Shown here: positions 24,707-34,780 of the stretch, piece after piece
How the letters are laid out: every line of letters begins with the position of its first letter
How positions within the stretch are numbered: position 1 is the first letter of the stretch
Source: Bugula neritina
Lineage: Eukaryota > Animalia > Bryozoa
Length of the DNA stretch: 34,780 nt
Assembly (NCBI GenBank): GCA_964035545.1
Contig: CAXIUT010000249.1
Location: 1 to 34,780 of the forward strand
Direction: 5' to 3'
Notes under the pieces: model-generated
What the model saw: only the letters and a program-made list of their open reading frames with translations
Database searches by the model: none
Told to the model about the DNA's origin: nothing
Program-made: the position numbers and the translations under genes

Positions 24707-25279
24707 ATGAGTGATCAATTGCTACCAGAACTAGATCTCCACGTAGGTATTAAAAGACCAATCGATCAAGCTATCAATCGTTATAACCTTAAAAGAAAAA
24801 CAAAATGTTACCAACTTGATCTTATCAGACCTGCTCTTAACACCCCCAATAAATCTCTACATCAATTAGTAAGAGTCTCTTTTAGTAAAAAAACAGTTAT
24901 CTACAAGAAAAGAGTAGGCTCATAATAAAAAACATAAAGATAGCTCATACTACCTCTTCAGTGTCACAACTCCAATCAAGTTGTAGGCATCAAATCTCCC
25001 ATAAGAATATAGACATAACCTTCATAACTTAGAGGATGTAAAAGTTTACTCAACACGAAAGTTAAAGATAAGAAGTCTTTGTTATAGATACCTCAGAAAA
25101 GATCCCATAAAATGAGTGCTGATTGGAAAGATCCTCTTCTGAATGTGTTTTTGAGATAAAGGAAATAAATAAAAGGACAAAAAAATGAGGAATTTGTTTT
25201 AAGTCCTTGGTAAAATGACAATAAAGCATAAAAGAGCAAAAGTAAAGGTTGGTTGCTTCCTATTAAAAAGATTTTATGA
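24707..25279 (+). CDS. Hypothetical basic protein
   Basis: 190 aa ATG..TGA frame (MSDQLLPELDLH...LLPIKKIL*). Confidence 0.65.
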
Positions 25280-25317
25280 TTAAGTTATTAATTTTATAAA
25301 AATCAATAATTACATAA

Positions 25318-26408
25318 TCAAAGTATAAATTATTCTTGGCTATTTCCAATCATATTTATTTCTATTTCTTCTCTACTTTTTCTTTTTAGTAGAATTGAAT
25401 GCATATTATGCCAATATTATTCTTCAACTACTCTTACTTATTGACATCTACAGTGATTATTAGTTGATTGATGACATTTACAAAATTATTCAAAAAATAA
25501 AGAAATAGTAAAGTTTTCATTTTGACAGCTACCTAAAGAAATATCTTTTCCTTTGAATTCAACAGAATATTATCGACTATTCTGTTATAAAAAAGATAGA
25601 TGATAATTTATCCTTGCTACTTTTGAGTCAAATATAAGACCTTTCTTCTTTATTTGAATAAAAATGTCACCTGTCAAAGGTTAAAGACATTTAGTTTGAT
25701 TAAAATTAACTATATCTATCTGAGAATAAATAATCTATTGAGTTCTAACTCTTGTTATTGTCAGATAGTAGTCTTCAGACATGTTTTATTGTTTTATTTT
25801 AGTTAGTTTAAAAGTCTTTAAGAATTTAAATTCTTCAGGATTGTCAATAACAGCTTTAACAAAACCAAGGTATCTGATTTGACAAGGTTGTTCTATTTTA
25901 TAATTTTAACTTGAAAACCTTTTTTAATTGTAAAAATTCAAAACATCTTAAACTTTCTTAAAACTTTCATCGTTGAACATCAAAATACTCATCAAAGCTG
26001 TTCCAGTTCTTCCTTTCCCATGATTACAATGAACAACTACTATCCCTTTATCTAGATAGACCTTTTCATACCTTTGATTCTAGCATTGGCAAAATCAATA
26101 ATTTAGAAGATAGTAGTCAAGCAAGGAGCTTGATGATCATTCCATTAATAAAACTTGACCCTTCCTCCAAAAAGATTATTATTATAAATACGACCACTGA
26201 CATTTATAACATAGTAGTTGTCTTTGTGTTTTTAATTAAGAAAAGATGCCACATCTTACCTACAATTTCTATAAATTTTTTAAAAGCCTTCAGCTGGATA
26301 AGCCATGGCTATTAAACCTTCAGTTATGTAGGTCAAATCAAGATCATAGTCATTTTATATTAATCTATTTTTTGCACCTCCGACTACTCTACGCAGACAG
26401 TTGAACAT
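25318..26408 (-). CDS. PTEN-like phosphoinositide/dual-specificity phosphatase with C2-like region
   Basis: YDLDLTYITEGLIAMAYPA, WNDHQAP and VVVHCNHGKGRTG. Intron 26052-26071 (20 nt); 356 aa. Confidence 0.92.
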
Positions 26409-26553
26409 AAAATAATATATTTAGTTAGAAAAAATGTAAAAATTAACTATTAATCTCTAAAAAAAGTCCAATTTATTATGTATTTAGAAGATCTTTATGA
26501 TATATTTGAGTAAGACTAAATGATGGATATAACAGTTATTAAATTGAATTTAA

Positions 26554-27080
26554 ATGAAAAGAACAGGAAAAGCTAAGCAGTTCAACGCCAAAGCATATGA
26601 ACGACCAGGACTCACTGAAGAAGAAGTCATGGAAATCAAAGAAGCCTTCGATCTCTTCGACACTGATGGAGGAGGATCGATTGACCCTAAAGGTAATACA
26701 TCTATAATGTAGAACTTAAAGCTGCTATGACTTCTCTTGGTTTTGAATCAAAAAATCAAACTATTTATCAAATGATTGCTGATCTTGATGCTGATGGTTC
26801 TGGACAAATTGATTTTTAGGAATTTTTGGAGTTGATGACTGCCAGAGTATCAGACAAAGATACTCGTGAAAATATTAGAAAAATATTCAACCTTTTCGAT
26901 GATGAGAAAACAGGTTTCATATCAATTAAAAATTTGAGACGAGTTGCCAAAGAACTAGGAGAAACAATCGACGACTCCTAACTCCAAGAAATGATATAGA
27001 GAGCAGACACTGACAACGACGGTTTGGTTTCAGAAGAAGAATTCTATAACATCATTACAAAGAAAACATTTGCAGCATGA
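26554..27080 (+). CDS. Centrin (resembles the ciliate ICL1-type centrins)
   Basis: [43 protein letters not shown]..., four EF-hands. Intron 26693-26712 (20 nt); 168 aa. Confidence 0.97.
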
Positions 27081-27116
27081 TAATAAATAATTATTTTTTT
27101 ATTTATGTCTATCGAA

Positions 27117-30100
27117 TCAAAACATTACTATTGGCACTGAAGGGGTTGGGGTTGGGTTGGGGTTGGGGTTGGGGTTGGGGTTGGGGTTGGGGTTGGGGTT
27201 GGGGTTGGGGTTGGGGTTGGGGTTGGGGTTATTGATTTATTTATCTGTTATTGTTTTATCTAGGTGTGATCTTGTGATAATTATAGGTCTATTTTTTTAA
27301 TAACTGCGTCAGGATCAATATAGGATTAGATGTTGTCCATGCTACCTCTTTTACTTATTTTTTTATCAGATAAATTTTAAATACATTCTTAAGATTTTAT
27401 TTCTTATTCAACTGATTTCTAAATAAATTTGTCTTTTTCATTCTCTTTTATGTTATTGTTTTATGGTTAATTATTTTAATTATTTTAAATTATTTATCTC
27501 TTTATTTCTTCAGGTTTTTATAACTACTTTTATTTTGGTTTGAATTTATCAATAAATCCTTTTATTTCTTAACATATTTATTCTTCGCAAGTATTTTTGA
27601 TAGCAATTTTAAAAGCATCAAATATCATTATATCAAGATAATTTTTATTTTGAACTTATTTGATAAAATCCAATAAAATCTAATCATCAACTTTCTCAAG
27701 AAAACATAAACTTTTTGATAACATATATTCATAGGCATTATTTTATTTTTTCTATAGTTTAGAAGGAGAATATTATCTGAGTAACATTTTAAGTATCCAA
27801 AATTTACAATATCCATCTAATACATCAAACAGTTTTTTATCTTTCTTAGCCAAATTAGCAAGACGTCTAGTTATTTAGCTTTATTTCACACCTAGCAACT
27901 AATAAAAGAAATCCTAAGCCACTTCATCACAGTTGTCTATCATATAAAGAGTATTAAAAACCAAAAAGAGACAACTAATGAACTCTTCATACACTTTTGC
28001 CTCCTAATTATGAATATAGTTTATTATAAACTAAACTGCTGTATGTTTTCCTGATGGTTTATTTTTTATAATGCCAAATATTTGGTTGCTTATGCCTTTA
28101 AAATTTTGACGTTTATTGAATTAGTTCGGAGGAGGTTCTATCTCTTCTTCAGACTCTCGAAATGATAAAAAGTTGCTGAACATATTTATTATTGACTTCT
28201 TAGTTTATCTCTTACTGACTGTCTTGATACTTCTCTTAATTCTAGATATTTAGGCTTTCTGCTTCAAATGCATATGATCTTGTAGTTCTGCTCTGACATC
28301 CCAAGTACTAATCAAAAACTAGCATAAAGTATTTACAGGTAAGTGTTAATGGTAGTTGTTGATGATTTGTCCAGCCAACCAATAATATGAAAGGTTCTTT
28401 TAATTAAGTTTGTTGTGCTTGAAATCAGCTAATTAAAGTACTTTTTAAAGTATGTGTAGAGGAAGATGAGGCTTTTTATCGAGAACTTTTCTTATTATTT
28501 CAATAACTTAACATTCAAAAACCTTATCATCATAGACAAAAGATGTCAGTAATAGTTACAACTTGGCAGTCTATTTTTAGTCAATAATAGAAGAAAGCAA
28601 GTCATAGATGAAATGATTCAAACAGTCACTATCAAGAATAGCTAATTCTTAATCATAGTATTCTAGTTTCAAAGATTAGTAATCTTTGCATAGAATTAGC
28701 CAGTTATCAACACTGATCCCTTCCATTGCTCCTCTATCTCTAAAGGTATTAATTTTATTTCTTTTGATATTGTCATAAGTTTTCTTCAGCACTTATAAAG
28801 GTAAATCACTTCCTTCGTTAATCTTTTTACACATCTTAATAAAATTTTACTAACTGATTTTCTCTTAATTTTTAGGATTATGCAAATCAGTGTTCAATAT
28901 CAAAATGGCATTGGCAAAGGTATAAGTAGCATCACTGGATTGAAAAGTTCTAAATTATTTTTATTGTTTTTTGTAGTAGAACTGAGTAATAGCATCTAGA
29001 ATTCTACCTATTTGCTGAGATTAGCCAGTCAAACAAAAATTACTAGTAAACATCCTCATAAATTCTTATAAATTATGCTCATGACACTGTTGAATTACCA
29101 AATCAATATAACAGTTGAACAATTACTCTGATACTGACTGATTAGTAGCCAAAAGGTCTATCATGGCTCTTTGATTTATATGAGTTGATTTTTTTATTAT
29201 TTTTGTATATTTTTGGATAGTTGCCTCTCTTATTATTGGATTTGTTATATTATCAATTTCTTTGAATATCTTTTTTGGAGTGTTATTTATGTTTTAGACT
29301 AGTTATTGATATTATTTCTTTTTTAGTTGATAGAAAATCCATTTCTAGTTGTTATTGTTATCATAATATTCTTTGATTTATTCGAGGTAGTCTTTTATTT
29401 GTTTATGAATCTTTCCAAGATAGATCCGGACCAACTAATATTCCTGTCTCTTTTCATATCCTCTGTTTTCGATATACTAATACAAAATGTTCAAAGATTG
29501 CTGACACACATTTACCTCCAAATAATTCCAATCATAACATCTCATAAAATATGACAAACGACCAGAAGTGAACAAGTTGCCTACCTCACTCAGCAAACCC
29601 TCTAAAAGAATACTATTTTGACCCTTTTTAAGTGTGTATTCTAAGTTGTTAAGAATCAGGTGTTTAAAAAGCAGGAGAGATGTGATGGCTGGATGGGATA
29701 GGAGTTGAGTTATTAGTGTGTTGTAGATAGGAGTGAGTTGAGAGAAGAGTTGAGGGTTGTTTGGGATTTGGTAGCTATACTTAATTAATTAATAGGTACT
29801 TTCATGAGTAGATAGGCTGATTTGAATATAATATTTTAATGAAATTTTTACATATTTTTAACTATTTTTTTAACTATTTTCAATCTCGAGCTAACAATTT
29901 CTTTACTATCTTATCTTTTATCTAATTCTAAAAAGACGCTATTAAAGACATATTCTATGATATTAATATTTTGATTTTGACTGGCAGCAGCAACAGCCTC
30001 AACTACAGCAGTATGAAAACATTTCTTTTGATGTTATTTGATATTATTCGGATGATATTCTTTAACATTTTTCAACATCTTATAGAGTTGTTTAAATTGC

Positions 30101-30538
30101 TCTATATTCGACAACGTGTAAGGCAAACAAAGCAATACTCCAATTAACTATTTTATCTTATCAATACCTAGTTTTGTTTGGGAACGATTGTATTGATTTG
30201 TGATTGATGCTATAATACGTAGATACTTTGATTGACTATTGCCTAGACTGAGGATGGCTCTTTTGTCAATTAGGTGCTATACTCTATTGACCCTTTGTTA
30301 TTGATATTGTACATTTAGATAGTTACTGGAGGAGGGATAAAAGAATTAACTGGTGGTAGTCGTACTTGAATTATAAATTGGTTATTTTGTTGATAATTGA
30401 TTCTTTTAGTTAGTTTTGAGCTAGGATTTTTGAGAAGCTGGAATCGATGTCATGGAGAAGACCTTTTTCTCGGTTGTATTGGCTATAACGTAGAAGAAAT
30501 GAACGGATAATGTTCCAGAATTAGTGGTCACACTACAT
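27117..30538 (-). CDS. Large Sec7-domain ARF guanine-nucleotide exchange factor (GBF1/BIG-like); 3' end uncertain
   Basis: FMRMFTSNFCLTGESQQIGRILDA (Glu finger) and DATYTFANAILILNTDLHNP. Introns 29780-29799, 30148-30167 and 30293-30312 (20 nt). The frame enters the telomeric tract as (TP)n; the stop at 27117 is reached only if the G3T2 unit is really G4T2. Confidence 0.85.
27142..27230. repeat. Internal (GGGGTT)n telomeric tract with one G3T2 unit
   Basis: 89 nt; variant unit GGGTT at 27154-27158. Confidence 0.95.
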
Positions 30539-30600
30539 GCCAAAATATAATAATTAACTATCTATAATTTGAACCGACACTATCTTTTATAATTCAAATC

Positions 30601-31386
30601 ATGTACTCATCAAAACAACCTCTTCACTAATCACAAATTTCCAATCACCAATCACTCAACCATCATCAACAACATCAATAAAACATCAGTCCTCACAAGT
30701 TCAATAACTATCTCACTCCAAACAAGCCCAGCAACGATTCAGCATTGAAGAAAATAAACTAATCCACCTTCATTTCTAAAAGATAATCAGCCAATCAAAA
30801 CAACCTCAACAATCATTTCAAAAGAAAAAGAGCCTGGACCAAAGAAGAAGATTAGATCTTGAAGTTACTAGTTAGAGACTATGGAGCTCATGATTGGACC
30901 ACTATTTCTCAAAGTTTTTTTAAAAGAGGAGGAAAACAATGCAGAGAAAGATGGCATAACCATCTTAGAGAAGGAGTTAAAAAGAGTTAGTGGAGTTTTG
31001 ATTAAGAATGGATCCTTGCTTTAGGAGTTAAAGCATTTGGAAACAGATGGTCTCTTATTTCCAATTTCATCAAAGGAAGAACTGACAACACTATCAAAAA
31101 CCACTGGAATTGCAAAATGAAACCCAAGAAGAGAATGTTGTAGGAGAGAATCAACTAGGTTTTAAGTTTCTAGGGAAGTCATCTCAGTGAAGTTGAAAGA
31201 ATGATGATTCGAGAGATCAAGGCAAAGAAAGGAATTGTGAGTTGGAAGACTGAGTAATCGAAGAAGGAAAATGTGAAAATGATGGTGAAGAGTTCTCTGA
31301 TTGATTTCTATCGCTTGCAAAACAAACTTGAAAGGGAGTCACTTGAAATTTATGAAGATCTCATCCCTTAAAACGATGAAGAATGA
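30601..31386 (+). CDS. Two-repeat (R2R3-type) Myb transcription factor
   Basis: [57 protein letters not shown]; 261 aa. Confidence 0.95.
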
Positions 31387-31691
31387 TTCTACTATCCTGA
31401 GTTATTTTAAATCAATATCATTAAAATCATTTAAAATATGAATAAATATAAATATCAGATGATATCATAGCTTTTAAGATTCTGAAAGTGTAAGAAGAGT
31501 AATAACTATCTATCCACTGGATATTTTTAATAATAAATAATAAATATGATAGACAATGGCTTGAGCTACATTAAATATCATTAATAATACTTTCATTACT
31601 TCCATTCACATTTTATCAAATATATTTTTTTTAATTAACAAATACCAACTTGTTTATTTCTTCTTTTCGCATATTTATTTATTGTTGACCA

Positions 31692-33377
31692 ATGGGAGGT
31701 TGCTAAAGCGATAATATTCTCGATCAAGCCTGCGTTCCAGTGCTCGGTAAACTAGGATAAGTCATATCTTTGTACTATTCTTATCATATAGACGAATAGT
31801 CAATTCAATTTGGTAAAAAGATTATCAGGGATTGTTTGACTATGACTCCAAAGAAGTGAAAAGATAACTCTTGACTGTCATAAATAACTGTCATATACTT
31901 TCTATGAAAGGTAAAAAAGTAATTGAAGATTTTAAGCATGGCTAAGACAATGAAGATGTTTATTTTTGATCATGTAGATAATGAAAAAAGCATTGTTTAA
32001 AATAATAAAAAGAGTTAATTATTATAAGATAGAACCTATCAACTTCGAGAATGAACAATATTCTATTCAAAATATATTGTGGTTGGTTATTCGCACAGTA
32101 CCGAAACAAGTAAATTCCAATATATTTAGCGTTATGCATTGAAATAAAAAGATGTAATCAGATTTGGAAAACAAAGAGTTAAGGTAAAATAAATTGTTAT
32201 CTATGATAAAAACGATTCAGCAGGAAATGATTTCAATTAAGTCAGAACTCAAAAGAAGGTCTACGATAACGTCAAATAACAAAACGAAGCAGTTAACTTT
32301 CAAAATCACAAAGATCTGCCCAATAACGATATCGTATCTGTTGCTACCTAGAATGAACATACATGTCGAGTTTGTCTCTAAGCTGGAGAATACTAGAACC
32401 CATTGATTTGTCCATGTAAGTGTACCGGATCAGTGAGGTATATCCATCTCAAATGTTTGAGAACCTGGTTAGGTAAGCAGTTGAATTATACGAATTCTAA
32501 GCATTGTGTGAGTATCAAGTGGGCTCCTTTGCATTGCTAGATGTGCAAAGCAAGCTATAAATATAAAATATATTTGGATAACAAAAAGTATTATACAGTA
32601 TAGATACCTAAACCAACAAAACCTTATATAGTATTCTAACTTATTAAAAAAAGTGCCTAATTTTCAAAAATATTTCTTTTTATATCAATGTCGAATACAA
32701 GCAAATTGGCAATAGGTAGAAGAAAAGATATCGATATTAAAATCACTGAAGATATATCTATTTCTAGGCATCATGCTAATCTGATCTATGATTTTGAAGA
32801 GAAGAAGTTTTTACTTGAAGATAATAAGTCTAAATTTGGAACTTTGGTTTTAGTGAAGAAAAATATGCTAGTTAATCCTTTTCAGAGAGGGATTAGCTTT
32901 CAAATAGGAGGATAGCTATTTACTTTTGAAGCGATAAGAGGATAAAATTCAATTCCTGATTACTATGATGAAGAAAGATATTTGAATGTGATTGAAAAGG
33001 GATAAAAGGTATAAATTTAAGATGAGGCAAGTGATTAGAATAATGAAGAAGATGAATAATTCGAATAAGAATATGAAGATGATCCTGTTCCTTAGATATT
33101 GGCTAGTTCTAATGTAATAAACAACTCAAATGTTAATTCTAATAATGTTGTAAACAATTCTAGTATGAACTCAAATGCTATCCTTAATAATATTCAAAAT
33201 AATAATGTTATTGAATAGGTTCCTCTATTAGTTGAACATGTACAGGTTTAAAATATCGTTGAGCCTGTGTAAAACTTAGAAGTACCTGAAATAGGGGAAG
33301 CTGTGTCAATAAATTAGGTTCAAAATAGAAGGGTTGTTTAGCAAGAACCGTCTTAGATATAGGAATTGGAGATTTGA
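31692..33377 (+). CDS. RING-CH (RINGv) + FHA domain protein
   Basis: WEKDYQGLFDYD; DVIRFGK; CRVCL..PLICPCKCTGSVRYIHLKCLRTW..CEMCK; FHA motifs IGRRKD, SISRHHA and DNKSKFGT. Introns 31772-31791, 31958-31977 and 32110-32129 (20 nt); 541 aa. Confidence 0.9.
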
Positions 33378-33475
33378 CATGTTCTTTTAATATATTTTAT
33401 GCTATATTATTTATTGATATTGAGATAGAGTTCAGAGTTAATCTGTTGAAAGCGATACTTATAGTTATAGTTATA

Positions 33476-34111
33476 ATGAAGAAAAGTTAAGGAATTTCCT
33501 AAGTGATCAGATACGAATAATAGCTAAAACAAAAAATTCAACAAACAGATAACATCATTCTTGAGGGAAGACGAGATAAACAGCAACTTGATATCCTTAA
33601 ATCCCAAATTGAAGAATAAGATATCATCTTTAAATATCTTTAAGTATAAAGTAGTAAGTTGCAAATTGAAGTTCGCAACATCTATGCTCGGAATGTTAAA
33701 TTGATATTTATTCAGATGACTCGTTTTAAAAAGAAAATTAAAGAACATAAAGAATATGTTAATTCTTTGTTCGGACAGGGAGCTGTTCAAAACTATCACG
33801 ACCCTTATAAAGTTGGAGATGCAATGAGGTTATAGCAGTAAAATTTTCAACTGAGAGGACAAAAACAAGCTATGTACGATAACGATTTACTACAAAATAA
33901 TATAGGCTATGATCTACATCGACAAGGATAAAGAATATAAAGCAATATAGATAGAAATAGATAAATGAGACAGGAAGCTGATTAAGCATCAGATCAGATT
34001 GCTATCATTCATAGAGCTATTCTCAAAAGAAAATGTATGTTCTATTCACTTTTTGTACTATTAGGGCTTGCATTGACTTTTGTTATCATCAGAAAAGTTA
34101 CTAAAGCTTGA
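33476..34111 (+). CDS. Tail-anchored Qb-SNARE-like (Vti1-like) protein
   Basis: Helical N-terminus, SNARE-like segment DLHRQGERI with a central Gln, and a C-terminal TM (MFYSLFVLLGLALTFVII); 211 aa if unspliced. Confidence 0.7.
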
Positions 34112-34207
34112 CTATTATTGCTAAAAAGAGTTCAAAATTGTTGATTTTTTTATTTAAAAATTATATTAAAAAGATATTTTTAAGCTATGAGATAAGTTGT
34201 ACATGGA

Positions 34208-34780
34208 TCAACGATTTCCCTTGGCTACTTTTTCGATTTATTCTCTCTTCTTAAGAGCATAGCTGGATTGGATGTTTCCTTTTTCAACATTAATGATCTC
34301 ATCAGCCAAAGTTTCAGCAATAGTCTTTTGGGTCTTTATTGAACGATCACGAGCTCCATTGGAAATCAAGTAAATAGCCTGATTTACTCTTCTGAGAGGA
34401 GAAACATCAACAGCTTGCTTTCTTACAACACCTCCAGCTCCGATTCTGGTTGAATCTTCTCTGGGTCCAGCCATCAAAACTGCACCAACGAAGACTTCGA
34501 GAGGGTTTCTATTAGTGAGAAGGTGGATAATTTCAAAAGTGTGTCTGATGATACGGATAGCCTTTGTTTTCTTTCCAGTATTTCTTCCGTGGAATTGCAT
34601 GGATCCAACAAGTCTTTCTACGATGGGGCAAAGAGCCTTTCTGAACTTTTTAGCTTGATATCTTCCAGCAGTGTGGGGAATGAAGACTTGAGACTTGACT
34701 GATTTGCAGGCAACATAGTCGATGAAGCATGGATCTTCGATGGATATTCCCTCATAGGACCATTTGGAGAAGAGTTTAGG
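34208..34780 (-). CDS. RPS5: 40S ribosomal protein S5 (uS7), 5' end beyond the window
   Basis: [48 protein letters not shown], ending YALKKRE[TAA][12 protein letters not shown]. Confidence 0.98.

Noticed and set aside
76-27141. TTGA motif 20-40 nt inward of each telomeric tract as a Euplotes-like chromosome breakage signal
   Set aside because: The spacing is not constant, the 4-mer is very common in this AT-rich DNA, and four ends are too few. No Tetrahymena-type Cbs was noticed.
15366-27230. CRISPR-like or transposon-terminal interpretation of the repeat tracts
   Set aside because: They are simple hexamer runs with no spacers, inverted termini or transposase, in a eukaryotic context.
31890-31910. 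Possible 21-nt GT..AG intron in the RINGv-FHA gene
   Set aside because: It is not needed for the frame and lacks the A at -6 found in all accepted introns.
131-34240. Standard ciliate code (TAR=Gln) or a split code (TAA=Lys, TAG=Glu)
   Set aside because: Both codons fall on conserved Glu positions, including the Sec7 catalytic Glu and EF-hand position 12.
1-34780. Pseudogene or degraded-DNA reading suggested by the fragmented ORF track
   Set aside because: The fragmentation disappears with TAR=Glu plus tiny introns, and the genes are intact.

Overview
AT-rich, very gene-dense ciliate macronuclear DNA starting at a (CCCCAA)n telomere. The supplied standard-code ORF track is misleading: TAA and TAG both read as Glu and only TGA stops (peritrich-type code, NCBI table 30). 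Re-translated by hand, the window holds about 25 tightly packed genes: an E(z)-like SET methyltransferase, GT17, OST3/6, a choline transporter-like protein, a CDPK-like pseudokinase, Cdc20, a C2/DUF1765-like protein, rhomboid, dynein LC8, two RING-CH proteins, an HMG-box protein, purple acid phosphatase, PTEN, centrin, a Sec7 ARF-GEF, Myb, a Qb-SNARE, RPS5 and several unknowns. Two features stand out. (1) The 21 introns needed to restore the frames are 20 nt (20 cases) or 19 nt (1 case), and all have an invariant A at position -6, suggesting fixed-geometry splicing. (2) Three internal (GGGGTT)n tracts share one polarity, and two of them are entered in frame by genes as (Thr-Pro)n. They imply either multi-gene minichromosomes (1..15420 would be capped at both ends) joined by telomere-primed fusion or chimerism, or true interstitial telomere insertions. 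All calls are manual; no database searches were run.
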